From NCBI GenBank assembly GCA_963695545.1, contig OY968796.1, positions 2,144,001 through 2,208,000 of the forward strand: a stretch of DNA of 64,000 bases, given 5' to 3'. The notes beneath the pieces are model-generated. The model was given only the letters and a program-made list of their open reading frames with translations. It made no database searches and was not told where the DNA came from. Of this stretch, positions 1 through 8,949 are shown in pieces (the first letter of the stretch is position 1; each line of letters begins with the position of its first letter). The position numbers and the translations under genes were made by a program. Source of the DNA: Terriglobia bacterium. GTDB lineage: Bacteria; Acidobacteriota; Terriglobia; Acidiferrales; UBA7541.

Positions 1-1
1 G

Positions 2-658
2 CTGCGGCGCACGAAGGCCCCCGGTTCAATTGCCCTCACGTTCGACGATGGACCCAATCCCGGCGTCACGCCCGCACTGCTCGATCTGCTCGAGCGGCAT
101 TCCGTGCACGCCACGTTTTTCGTGATCGGCCGATTCGCGCGCGCTTGCCCCGATTTGATCCGCGAGATCGCGGCGCGCGGTCACGCCATCGGCAATCACA
201 CCGATTCGCATCCATCGCTCGCCTGGCGCACTCCGCGACGCATCGCCGGAGAGCTTGCGCGCTGCCAGGAAGCCGTTGCGGCCGCAACGCAATCGCGTCC
301 GCCAAATTGGATGCGTCCGCCCTTCGGCTTTCGCGGCCCGCAGCTCCGAGGCGCGGTGCGCCGCGCCGGTCTTGCGGGCGTGGCGATGTGGTCGCTCACG
401 TGCTACGACTGGAAGCCGCAGCCGCCCGCGCGCCTGATCGCGAGACTCGCGCACCTGCGCAGCGGCAAGAATGCCGCGGCGGGCGCGCCACGCGGCGGCG
501 ACATCGTCCTCCTCCACGATGGCGATCACCGCGCCCTTGGCGGCGACCGTGCACACGTGGTGACCGCGCTCGAATATTGGTTGCCGCGATGGCGCGATCA
601 GGGCCTCGAGTTTGTTACAATCGACCAGGTGGGTGGGCGGATCGCCGAGGCGCGCTGA
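2..658 (+). CDS. Polysaccharide deacetylase (NodB/CE4 family), 5'-truncated by window edge
   Basis: Frame is open from base 2 and reads IALTFDDGP, then ATFF, GNHTDSH, RPPFG and IVLLHD: the CE4 motifs. Confidence 0.9.
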   Translation: MRRTKAPGSIALTFDDGPNPGVTPALLDLLERHSVHATFFVIGRFARACPDLIREIAARGHAIGNHTDSHPSLAWRTPRRIAGELARCQEAVAAATQSRPPNWMRPPFGFRGPQLRGAVRRAGLAGVAMWSLTCYDWKPQPPARLIARLAHLRSGKNAAAGAPRGGDIVLLHDGDHRALGGDRAHVVTALEYWLPRWRDQGLEFVTIDQVGGRIAEAR

Positions 659-981
659 TGGACGAACGCCAGTTCTACATCGAGAAGCAAGATACCAAAT
701 CGCTGCAGCTCGTTTGCCCGAGCTGCCATAAAGAAGACGCCTATCCGATTCGCTGGATCGTGCGCACCAAGAAAAACGAATTGCCGCGCGGCGCCGGCGA
801 AGAAGATAAGAAACGTTTCGCCGCCGCCCGCTCCTACATGGTCCGCGTCGACGAAATGGTCGCTTGTCGCAAATGCCGCAAGCGTTTCGAGCTAACCGGC
901 CAAAGCGTCGTCCTGGTTTCTACCGGCACGCCCGCGCCCGGCTCCCCGGATTTCGATCCCGAAACCTTCGGCAACCGCTAG
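658..981 (+). CDS. Small zinc-ribbon-like hypothetical protein (107 aa)
   Basis: ATG overlaps the upstream stop (TGATG); CPSC...CRKC motifs; MDERQFYIEK start within ORF 145..981. Confidence 0.75.
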   Translation: MDERQFYIEKQDTKSLQLVCPSCHKEDAYPIRWIVRTKKNELPRGAGEEDKKRFAAARSYMVRVDEMVACRKCRKRFELTGQSVVLVSTGTPAPGSPDFDPETFGNR

Positions 982-1014
982 CGAGCGCGCTGTACGCCCG
1001 ATCAATCGTCAAGC

Positions 1015-1097
1015 CGTCATTCTGAGCGGAGAGGCGGCTCTTTTCTCTTTCGTCCCGACCCGGTCGGGACGAGCCGCCTCGCAGTCGAAGAATCCCT
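1015..1097. repeat. CGTC-type REP-like palindromic element with nested hairpins
   Basis: cgtcattctgagcg...gtcgaagaatc ends; gaggcggctc (1031-1040) pairs with gagccgcctc (1071-1080); cgtcccgacc (1051-1060) pairs with ggtcgggacg (1062-1071); lies between convergent genes. Confidence 0.65.
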
Positions 1098-1143
1098 CTT
1101 CGATGCTGCTTCTCGCGGCGACCGCCCAAAGCGTCACGAATCC

Positions 1144-1344
1144 TCAAATTTCCGGATACATTTCAAAAAACGCTTCCACCGACTGCCCCAGCGTTCTCTG
1201 AATTTCTTCCTTGCTTCCCTCAATAATGTGCATCGTCACGCGCGCCTTGCGCCCATCCTTCAGCGTCAGCGTCGCTTCCTCCACTTGGGCCACATCGTCG
1301 GCCGGGAACAGCCGCATGCCATAAACCAGCGCCAGCTTTGCCAT
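1144..1344 (-). CDS. Small hypothetical protein (66 aa)
   Basis: MAKLALVYGMRLFPADD...; AGGAG Shine-Dalgarno upstream (ctcct at 1351-1355 on +); protein-like composition. Confidence 0.65.
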   Translation of the reverse strand: MAKLALVYGMRLFPADDVAQVEEATLTLKDGRKARVTMHIIEGSKEEIQRTLGQSVEAFFEMYPEI

Positions 1345-1509
1345 CGATTCCTCCTGTGCAATTTCAAGCCTACGCTGTGCATCTATTCGATGCAAACGCT
1401 CCCGGATGCTACTCGGGTCCCAAGTTCGGAGTTCGATCCGCGGCTCCCTCGCCACTCGCCACTTCGATACGCCGCCCTGTGAAAATTATTTCGAATACTC
1501 ACAATCTAC

Positions 1510-1539
1510 TTGACACTTTATGAATATATCTGCTATCCT
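1510..1539 (+). promoter_or_regulatory. Sigma70-type promoter of repeat element copy 1
   Basis: TTGACA (1510-1515), 18-nt spacer, TGn-TATCCT (1534-1539); same geometry as 38787-38816. Confidence 0.6.
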
Positions 1540-1654
1540 CCTGCATGTTCCTCGTGAACCAATTCGAATTGTTGTCTGTCCCCACTTTTCCCGCCCTCGT
1601 CCCCGCGTCCGTCCCTTCCGTATGCACACGTGTCCGCATGATTGCGTTCGAGCA

Positions 1655-1812
1655 ACCCGTTTGTTTTCAGAATCATGCGCACTCTTTCAAAAGAGTGCGC
1701 ACCTCATTGAAAAAAGGAGCTTTTAAGTCCCTGCATCTTCACACTCATCCGCACTCTTCTGCCGCAAATCCCGCGCTTTCAATACTTTCGCAAAAACATA
1801 CCGGGGGTGTAT
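1655..1812. repeat. Dispersed repeat element copy 1 (hairpin/subrepeat tail)
   Basis: 1688-1713 matches 39149-39174 at 24/26 nt; both end cgcaaaa(a)catac(c)cggggg(g)tg; hairpin gcgcactcttt-ca-aaagagtgcgc. Confidence 0.7.
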
Positions 1813-2031
1813 ATAGGGATCTCATTTCCGATGGGGCCGTCCGTGCCCGAGAAAATAACCAAGCGTCTTGCAATCACCCGGTTCCGTGGTTTTTCTCGGC
1901 CACGGGTCATTCTGCGTCACCCAACTCCCCGGAGCACATCGCTTTCTTTAGGCATATACTCCGGACATCCGTCCCTTTCCCTGAGGCATCGAATCGCGCA
2001 CTGGCAGCACGCATGGCGAGGAGGTAAGGCG

Positions 2032-2913
2032 ATGCGAAACGCTTCTTTTGGTCTCCTGATGTGCGGCTTCCTGGCGCTGAGCGCCCAAGTGAAAGCGCAG
2101 CAAGTCGGTCCACAAGATTCGCCTCCGCCCCCAGTTGCGCAATCCGCGCCAACCTCACCGGCAACAACGACGGCCACGCCTCCGCAGAACGCGCCGCCTG
2201 CGTCGCAGCCCGCGACAGCAACTCCAGCCGCCGTCGCGCCGGCCGCCGGTGCGCCTGCCGCAGCCGCGCCCATCATCGTGCCCACCGGCACGCGCCTCCC
2301 GCTCGTCCTGCACAACGCCATCACCACGCGCAACGCGCAGCCCGGCGATCCGGTCTATCTCGAAACGCTTTTCCCCATCGTGCAGAACGACAAAATTCTG
2401 ATCCCCGCCGGCACCTACGTGCAGGGCGAAATCCTCGAAGCCAAGCGCCCCGGCCGCGTGAAAGGCCGCGGCGAATTGCGTCTGCGCTTGACGAGCATGA
2501 TTTTACCCAACGGCTATACCGTCAGCTTCATCGCCGTGCCCAACAACGCCGGCACCGGCGGAAATGAATCCGTGGACAAAGAAGGCACGATCAAAGGCGA
2601 CACCAATAAAGCCGGCGATGCCGGCACCGTGATCACGGACACCGGCGTCGGCACCGCCATCGGCGGCATCGCCGGCCGCAGCGGCGAAGGCGCCGGCATC
2701 GGCGCAGGCGTCGGATTGGCCGCGGGCCTGATCACCGTGCTGCTCACGCGCGGCCCCGAGCTTGAATTGCCGCGCGGCACCACGCTTGACGTCGTCCTCG
2801 ATCGCGATCTTCGCCTTGATCCCAACAAAATAAATTTCACCGATCCCGGCAAAGCCTCCACGCTAGCCGGCCCGCCCAATCGCGAGCCGCAGCGCAGCAC
2901 CTTTCCTTTCTAG
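2032..2913 (+). CDS. Secreted TrbI/VirB10-like domain protein
   Basis: GAGGAGG SD; signal peptide; Pro/Ala linker; VPTGTRLPLVL...IPAGT..GEI; glycine-zipper segment; LPRGTTLDVVL. Confidence 0.75.
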   Translation: MRNASFGLLMCGFLALSAQVKAQQVGPQDSPPPPVAQSAPTSPATTTATPPQNAPPASQPATATPAAVAPAAGAPAAAAPIIVPTGTRLPLVLHNAITTRNAQPGDPVYLETLFPIVQNDKILIPAGTYVQGEILEAKRPGRVKGRGELRLRLTSMILPNGYTVSFIAVPNNAGTGGNESVDKEGTIKGDTNKAGDAGTVITDTGVGTAIGGIAGRSGEGAGIGAGVGLAAGLITVLLTRGPELELPRGTTLDVVLDRDLRLDPNKINFTDPGKASTLAGPPNREPQRSTFPF

Positions 2914-2953
2914 CCGAGCGGGAACGGGGATCTGAATAAAGGAGAGATCGTTC

Positions 2954-4207
2954 TCAATCGGAATCGTCCGAAACTTTGGCGGGGTCGCGCGCGTCGCCCG
3001 GCTCGGCAAGAGACGCGAAGCGCATCGGACTGAACATTTCCCAGTCGAATGACACGCGATGTTCCGTGATCCATTCGGCGATCAATCTTGCGGTGATCGG
3101 CGCGAGCAGGATGCCGTTGCGGTAGTGGCCGGTGGCGATCATCAATCCGTCGAGGTCGGTAGGGCCGAGGATGGGCAGATGGTCGGGCGTGTCGGGGCGC
3201 AAGCCACACCAGGTCTCGACGATATCCGTGGCATTGAGGCCGGGCACGAGTTCTTGCGCGGCTTCGAGCACGCGCGCGATTCCTTCCGGCGTGACGCGTT
3301 TTTCGTAGCCCGCGTTTTCAAGCGTGCTGCCGGCGACCAGACGCTGCGGCCGCGCGTCGTCGCGCGGAACAATGTAGCCGCGGGATGAACGCAGCACGCG
3401 CCGCATCGGCGGAGCGGAAGAACGCAGCGCGATCATCTGACCGCGCACCGGACGCGTCGGAGCGTAGCGCCGCGCCGCCGCTAGGCGCGAAGAAAACGCG
3501 CCTGCCGCGAGCACAACGTGGGCCGCGCGATAGCGTTGGCCGCCGGCGATGACGCCTTCTACGCGGCCGCCGCTCGCGCCACTTTCGATGGGCGCGTTGC
3601 GCGCGCCGCTCACGATGAGCGATTCGACCTCGACGCCGCTGCGCACTTGGGCGCCGCGCGCGATTGCGGCGGCGAGCACGGCGTCGGTCAGCGCCCGGCT
3701 ATCGAGCGCGCATTCGTTCGGCAGCAGCGCCGCAGCTTTCGCGCGCCGCGAAAGCGCGGGTTCCATCGCGAGCGCATCGTGGAGAGGCAGCGCTTCGGTG
3801 GCCAGTCCTAAACTTTGGTGGAGCGCGAGAAGCGCGCCGAGTTCGCGCGTCGCGTCGCTCGAAAAGAAAAGTTCCATCGCGCCGGTTCGGCGCAATGCAA
3901 TCGCGCGGCCGGAATCGCTTTCGATCGCGGCGACAAATTCCGGATACAGCGCCAGGCTCGCCCGCGCCAGCGGCACCAATGGAATTCCATCGGCGCTTTC
4001 CGGCGAAGTTTGCAGCATGCCCGCCGCGGCCCAGGACGCTTCACGCCCCGCCTCCTGCCGATCGAGCACGAGCGGGCGCAATCCGCGGCGCGCAAGTTCC
4101 CACGCGATCGCGCCGCCGATGATTCCGCCGCCGATGATCAAAACATCGGCGAGAACATCGCCGGAAGAATTTCCGGGAACTCCGCGCGTAGCGTCGCTGG
4201 TGCTCAC
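2954..4207 (-). CDS. thiO: Glycine oxidase / FAD-dependent D-amino acid oxidase family
   Basis: GGGIIG FAD motif, ASWAAAGML, PVRGQM, GLRP, ATGHYRNGILLAP. Confidence 0.85.
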   Translation of the reverse strand: MSTSDATRGVPGNSSGDVLADVLIIGGGIIGGAIAWELARRGLRPLVLDRQEAGREASWAAAGMLQTSPESADGIPLVPLARASLALYPEFVAAIESDSGRAIALRRTGAMELFFSSDATRELGALLALHQSLGLATEALPLHDALAMEPALSRRAKAAALLPNECALDSRALTDAVLAAAIARGAQVRSGVEVESLIVSGARNAPIESGASGGRVEGVIAGGQRYRAAHVVLAAGAFSSRLAAARRYAPTRPVRGQMIALRSSAPPMRRVLRSSRGYIVPRDDARPQRLVAGSTLENAGYEKRVTPEGIARVLEAAQELVPGLNATDIVETWCGLRPDTPDHLPILGPTDLDGLMIATGHYRNGILLAPITARLIAEWITEHRVSFDWEMFSPMRFASLAEPGDARDPAKVSDDSD

Positions 4208-4256
4208 GCTTTTATTCTACCAGCGCGCCAGCGGAGGACGCGCGTTCACGCGTGCG

Positions 4257-4868
4257 TTACAGCGATTTGACGAGTTCGTCGGAGAGGATGCGCGCTTTCT
4301 CTGCCAGATTGCTGGCGCGCACCCAATCGTCGGCGTGGATGGCTTCGTGGGCTTGCTCAAGGAAGTCGCGGACTTTTTCAACCAGGTCGTGCTGCGCCGC
4401 ATCGAGTTCTTTGCTTTCCGCGGTCTGCAGATTCTGTTCGGCGTGAGCGATGTCCGCGTTGGTGCGCTGCTCGGCGGCGGCTTGCGCTTGCGGCGTCATT
4501 TCGGGTGAGATGACCGGCGCCTCGGGTCGCGGAGTTTCCGCGGGTTTCTCCGGCTCGGTCGCCGTGGGGGCTGGCTGCAATGGCCGTGTCGTCGCGGGTT
4601 GCGGCGCGGGATTCGGCGGCGGCGCAGGAGCGGCGGGCGAAGGTGGAGCGTCAGTAGTTTGGGGCGCGGCCGGCGGCGTTGCCGGAGGATTCGCTTGGGT
4701 CGGCGGAGGTGTCGAAACCGATGGAGGACTGGCCTTCACGATATTTCGCTGGCAGCCGGCGGCGCCGATCGCGATAGCGAAGAGCGCGAGCGCGGACAGC
4801 ACAGCGCCGAACGCTCTTAAGCGCGGCTGCGGCGCGCGATTCGCGTTCGAGATTTTCGCGGCGTTCAT
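4257..4868 (-). CDS. Proline-rich putative lipoprotein
   Basis: Hydrophobic leader ending AAGC (lipobox-like); Pro-rich linker; helical C-terminus; start overlaps the kinase stop. Confidence 0.7.
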   Translation of the reverse strand: MNAAKISNANRAPQPRLRAFGAVLSALALFAIAIGAAGCQRNIVKASPPSVSTPPPTQANPPATPPAAPQTTDAPPSPAAPAPPPNPAPQPATTRPLQPAPTATEPEKPAETPRPEAPVISPEMTPQAQAAAEQRTNADIAHAEQNLQTAESKELDAAQHDLVEKVRDFLEQAHEAIHADDWVRASNLAEKARILSDELVKSL

Positions 4869-6781
4869 GCGTGCGGCACCGTGGTGTGGCTGGGTTCGGG
4901 CGAGCGCGCGCCGGCAATATCGTTTGCGCGCTTCAGCGGCAATTCGATGCGAAACGTTGTGCCGTGGCCGGGCTCGGATTCGTAGTCGATCGAGCCATCG
5001 TGCATTTGTACGGTGCGAAACGCGCTCGCGAGTCCGATGCCGCTTCCGCCCGGACGCGTGGTGAAAAAAAGCTGGAAGATGCGCGCGCGGTGTTCGGGAG
5101 CAATGCCTTTGCCCGTATCGCTGATGCGAATTTCGGCCATGTCAGCGTGGCGCTCCAGATCGATCGCGAGCGTTCCGCCGCCAGGCATGGCTTCAATCGC
5201 GTTCAAAATGAGATTGAGCAGCGCTTGATGCAAAAGTTGACGATCCACCCACGCCGCCGGCACCGATGGCGCGAGTCGCGTTTCGATGCACACGCGGCCG
5301 CGCTCGATTTGCGGGCGCGCGGTGTCGAGCACTCCCTGGATCAGTTCGGCGAGCGGCGTTTCCACCAGATTCATTTCCACGGGCCGCGTAAAATCGAGAA
5401 AGCGTTTCACCACAGTGTCCAGCCGATCGATCTCGGCGTCGAGAACTTTCACAGCCTGCTGCGGCTCCTCGCCCGCGGGCAGATGCCCTTTCAAATTTTC
5501 GAGCCAGAGCCGCATCGAGTTTAGAGGATTTTTGACTTCGTGTGCCACACCGGCGGTCACGCGGCCCAGCGCCGCAAGACGTTCGGAGACCTGCAGCTGC
5601 GTGCTGATGCGTTCGCGCGATTCAAGATCGGTGAGCGTGACAAGAGCGCCCATGCGCGTGCCGCCTTCGGCGATGGCTTGCGCGCTCACGCCGATGATGC
5701 GCGCGGGATGGTTCGCACCCGCGGCAGGCAGCTCGACTTGCGTCGACACCGCGGCGATCGAGCCATCGTCAAGGCGCAGGGCGGTTCGCAGCGGATGATT
5801 CTTGGGGAAAATATCCTGCGCCTCGCGGCCGAGCAGTTCGTCCGCCGGGATGCCGAGAAAACGCTCGACGGCGGGACTGACCATCACGGCGCGACCATCG
5901 CGCGTGAAGAGCAGCAAACCATCTTCGAGGCCGCCGAGGACTTGATCGAGATTTTCGCGCAGCGTGCTGAAAATTTCGCGGACGCCGCGCAGTTGCTGGC
6001 CGATCTGCACGATCTTGGTGCTCACTTGCCCGAATTCGTCGCCGCGCTCGAGAGGCTTCTGATCGAATTCGCCGCGCGAGATGCGATCCAACTGCGCGGA
6101 GATGCGTTCAAGAGGCGCGAGCGACACGCTCGAGACCACGCCGGCCAGCAGCACCGACGCCAGCACCGAAATCACCGCGAGCCACGCGGCCGAGCGCATG
6201 CTCGGTTCAATTTCGCTGCGTAGAAGTCCGGTCTGCACGGCGACGCGGATTTCGCCGAACGGAACCTGATGGCCGGCCGGGCCAAGATTGAACGGATACG
6301 CGACTTGATACGCGCGCGGCGGGCCGAAGACCACGCGCACCTGATCGATGAAGCTGCTATTGGCGAGCTGATCGAGCGGAGTGCGCGGGAGCACGGGGCG
6401 ATCGGGAAGCGATGCATCGCTCGAGATCAGCGCGACTCCGTTGTGGTCGACGATGGTGACCTCGTACACCAGGAAGGAGTAGCCGACCTCGGCGTCGATC
6501 AGCGAGGAAAGCGCGGCGTTTTGGTCGAGCGAACCGCGCACGTAGTTGCGCAGATCGTCGGGGCTATCCGACAACGGCGCGTTTCCGTTCGCGGCGGAAT
6601 CGGCCAGCGCGGTTTGCGCCTGAAAGAAAACCTCCTGCGAAACCTGGCGCGCGCGATTATCCGCTTCGCGAATCACCTGCCGGGTGAGCGTGGCCATGTA
6701 CAGCCAGGAATTCACGAGGACCACGGCCAGCACCAGGCCGGAGATGATCAGCGTGATCTTGGTTTTCAGGCGCAGATGCAT
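4865..6781 (-). CDS. Membrane sensor histidine kinase (HAMP-PAS-HisKA-HATPase)
   Basis: Two TM segments; AHEVKNPL H-box; NLILNA, DTGKGI, FFTT and GSGIGL boxes. Confidence 0.93.
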   Translation of the reverse strand: MHLRLKTKITLIISGLVLAVVLVNSWLYMATLTRQVIREADNRARQVSQEVFFQAQTALADSAANGNAPLSDSPDDLRNYVRGSLDQNAALSSLIDAEVGYSFLVYEVTIVDHNGVALISSDASLPDRPVLPRTPLDQLANSSFIDQVRVVFGPPRAYQVAYPFNLGPAGHQVPFGEIRVAVQTGLLRSEIEPSMRSAAWLAVISVLASVLLAGVVSSVSLAPLERISAQLDRISRGEFDQKPLERGDEFGQVSTKIVQIGQQLRGVREIFSTLRENLDQVLGGLEDGLLLFTRDGRAVMVSPAVERFLGIPADELLGREAQDIFPKNHPLRTALRLDDGSIAAVSTQVELPAAGANHPARIIGVSAQAIAEGGTRMGALVTLTDLESRERISTQLQVSERLAALGRVTAGVAHEVKNPLNSMRLWLENLKGHLPAGEEPQQAVKVLDAEIDRLDTVVKRFLDFTRPVEMNLVETPLAELIQGVLDTARPQIERGRVCIETRLAPSVPAAWVDRQLLHQALLNLILNAIEAMPGGGTLAIDLERHADMAEIRISDTGKGIAPEHRARIFQLFFTTRPGGSGIGLASAFRTVQMHDGSIDYESEPGHGTTFRIELPLKRANDIAGARSPEPSHTTVPHA

Positions 6782-6796
6782 GGCCAGGAAAAAACC

Positions 6797-8212
6797 TTAG
6801 CCGCCGGAGGGCTTCGCGGCTTCGTACTCCTTCAATTTATTGTGCAGCGTCTTCAAGCTGATGCCGAGCAGTTCGGCGGCGCGCGTTTTATTGTTCTGCG
6901 TGGACGCGAGCGTTTGCATGATGAGCTCGCGCTCGGCGGCGTCGACGGTGGTGCCGATGGGGAAGCGCAGTGCGGAAAGCTCGGCGGCACCGGCGGGAGT
7001 GCCGTGACCGAATTCGGCGGGCAGGTGAGCGCGGCCGATGAGATCGCGATCGCAGACGATAGAAGCGCGCTCGATGACGTTGCGCAATTCGCGGACGTTG
7101 CCGGGCCAGGTGTAGCTCATGAATTGATCGAGCACGTCGGCGCTGATGCCGCGGACGTGGCGCTGATGTTTGGCGTTGAGATCGCGGAGCATGGTTTCGA
7201 CCAGCAGGGGAATGTCGTCCTTGTGGTCGCGCAGCGGCGGCAAATGAATGTGGAAGACGTTCAAGCGGAAATAGAGATCCTGCCGAATTTCGCCTTTGGC
7301 GACGGCGCGATCGGGGTCCTTGTTGGTGGCCGCAAGAACGCGCACGTCCACCGGCGTTTCGCTCTTGCTGCCGAGGCGGCGCACTTTGTGGTCCTCGAGC
7401 ACGCGCAGCAGCTTGGCTTGCGTCGGCGCGGGCATCTCGCCGATTTCATCGAGCAGCAAAGTGCCGCTATCGGCCAGCTCAAAGCAGCCGAGGCGGCGCT
7501 CGGCCGCGCCGGTGAAGGCGCCGCGCTCGTGGCCGAAAATTTCGCTTTCCATCAGCGATTCGGGAATGGCCGAGCAGTTTATGGCCACGAACGGTCGGGC
7601 GTTGCGCGGAGAAAGGCGATGAATGGTGCGCGCGAGAACTTCCTTGCCCGAGCCGGTTTCGCCGGTGATCAGCACGGAGGCCAGCGATGGCGCGACTTGT
7701 TCGACGACGCGCATAACGTCCTGCATGGGCTTCGATTGGCCGACGAGATCGCCCAGGCGCCCGGCGTCGCGCAGTTGGCGCGTCAGAGCGTCAACTTCGC
7801 GGCGATCGCGCGCGTGGCCGAGCGCGCGATCGAGAAGCGCGCGCAGAATGGAGGCCTTGAGAGGCTTTTCGATATACCAGAACGCGCCGGATTCGATCGC
7901 TGCGACCACGCGTTCTTCGCTGCCCTTGCCGGTGATCAGGATGGCGGGAATATGCGCGAGTTCGTCGTGCAGGCGTTCGAGCAGCTCGAGGCCGTTCATT
8001 CCGGGCAGCTCGACGTCGGCGATCAACGCTTCGGGAGCGAATTCTGAAAAACGCGCGAGCGCGTCTTCGGCGCTGCCCACGCCAAGAACCTCGTAGCCCC
8101 ATTTGCGCAACAAGGCTTCGTAACCCTGCCGGGCATTCACTTCGTCTTCGACGATGAGAATGCGTTCCGGGGCGGGGGACGCTTGCGGTTCGCTCTTGGC
8201 AGGTTCAGGCAT
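6797..8212 (-). CDS. Sigma-54-dependent response regulator (NtrC family)
   Basis: REC domain (ILIVEDE), GETGSGKE, GAFTGA, WPGNVREL, Fis-type HTH; start placed at MPEPAK (8212). Confidence 0.93.
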   Translation of the reverse strand: MPEPAKSEPQASPAPERILIVEDEVNARQGYEALLRKWGYEVLGVGSAEDALARFSEFAPEALIADVELPGMNGLELLERLHDELAHIPAILITGKGSEERVVAAIESGAFWYIEKPLKASILRALLDRALGHARDRREVDALTRQLRDAGRLGDLVGQSKPMQDVMRVVEQVAPSLASVLITGETGSGKEVLARTIHRLSPRNARPFVAINCSAIPESLMESEIFGHERGAFTGAAERRLGCFELADSGTLLLDEIGEMPAPTQAKLLRVLEDHKVRRLGSKSETPVDVRVLAATNKDPDRAVAKGEIRQDLYFRLNVFHIHLPPLRDHKDDIPLLVETMLRDLNAKHQRHVRGISADVLDQFMSYTWPGNVRELRNVIERASIVCDRDLIGRAHLPAEFGHGTPAGAAELSALRFPIGTTVDAAERELIMQTLASTQNNKTRAAELLGISLKTLHNKLKEYEAAKPSGG

Positions 8213-8361
8213 CGATGCGCGCTGCGCGGCGGGGTGCGCAAAGCAACAGATGGAATCTACCAGTAGCGGGTGCCGATTCCAAGTTGGGCGTGCGCGGAGG
8301 AGCAACTCTGCAACCATTCCGATACTCAGGGAATCTGATTGAGAAACCCAGACCAGCGAGA

Positions 8362-8377
8362 TCGGCATCCGCGTTGC
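8362..8377 (+). promoter_or_regulatory. Sigma-54 -24/-12 promoter upstream of the cupredoxin gene
   Basis: TCGGCATCCGCGTTGC = GG-N10-GC with TTGC; divergent from an NtrC-family activator. Confidence 0.55.
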
Positions 8378-8448
8378 CGGGCCGGAACGCTGCACAGCTC
8401 GATGATTTCGTCGGTGAGTGTTCAAATTCTGAACTCCGGAGAGACGCA

Positions 8449-8901
8449 ATGAACAGTGAAGCCAGGTCCACGCGTCGCGTCGTGCCTCGGTGGATGCCAA
8501 TCCTCGCGGCGATTGCCATCGCGGTGGGAGTGATGGGGATATCGGCGCGTCATGCGGGAGCCGCGCAGGAGAACGTGCAGGAGATCGACGTGAGCGCGAA
8601 GAAGTTCGAGTTCACCCCGAGCGAAATTCATGTGAAACAGGGCGCGCACGTCCTGTTGAAGGTTACCCCGACCGATAGGGAGCACGGCTTTGAGTTGGAC
8701 GTATATCGGGAGGCTTCCGACAAGAAAGGCGATCCTGGCCTGATAATCTCCGGTGACAAGCCCAGTTACAAGATTCCCCAAGGTCAAACCCAGACGATCG
8801 AATTCATCGCGGCGGAGGCGGGGACCTACGATTTCAAATGCATCGTGTATTGCGGGTCGGGCCATCGCGGAATGAAGGGAACGATTGTGGTTGATCCGTA
8901 A
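8449..8901 (+). CDS. Secreted cupredoxin-domain protein with CuA-like ligand set
   Basis: Signal peptide; EHGF plus CIVYCGSGHRGM (H...CxxxCxxxHxxM); GGAG SD. Confidence 0.82.
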   Translation: MNSEARSTRRVVPRWMPILAAIAIAVGVMGISARHAGAAQENVQEIDVSAKKFEFTPSEIHVKQGAHVLLKVTPTDREHGFELDVYREASDKKGDPGLIISGDKPSYKIPQGQTQTIEFIAAEAGTYDFKCIVYCGSGHRGMKGTIVVDP

Positions 8902-8949
8902 GGCGCGGGAAATGCTCGGGGCCCGCGCGCGCATCCGGTTCCGGCGCCG

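Noticed and set aside
1655..1812. Subrepeats as a CRISPR array
   Set aside because: Units are degenerate, partly inverted and not separated by regular unique spacers; no cas genes (the Cas4-like domain is part of a helicase)
1545..2027. ORFs 1545..2027 and 38822..39412 as confident protein-coding genes
   Set aside because: They run through repeat and hairpin sequence, read the best-conserved block in different frames and have atypical composition. Kept only as part of the twin-element finding
6269..8047. 592-aa plus-strand ORF (and similar ones at 26120..27742, 32808..34562, 43214..44989, 17021..18688)
   Set aside because: Antisense to well-supported genes; a typical high-GC artefact
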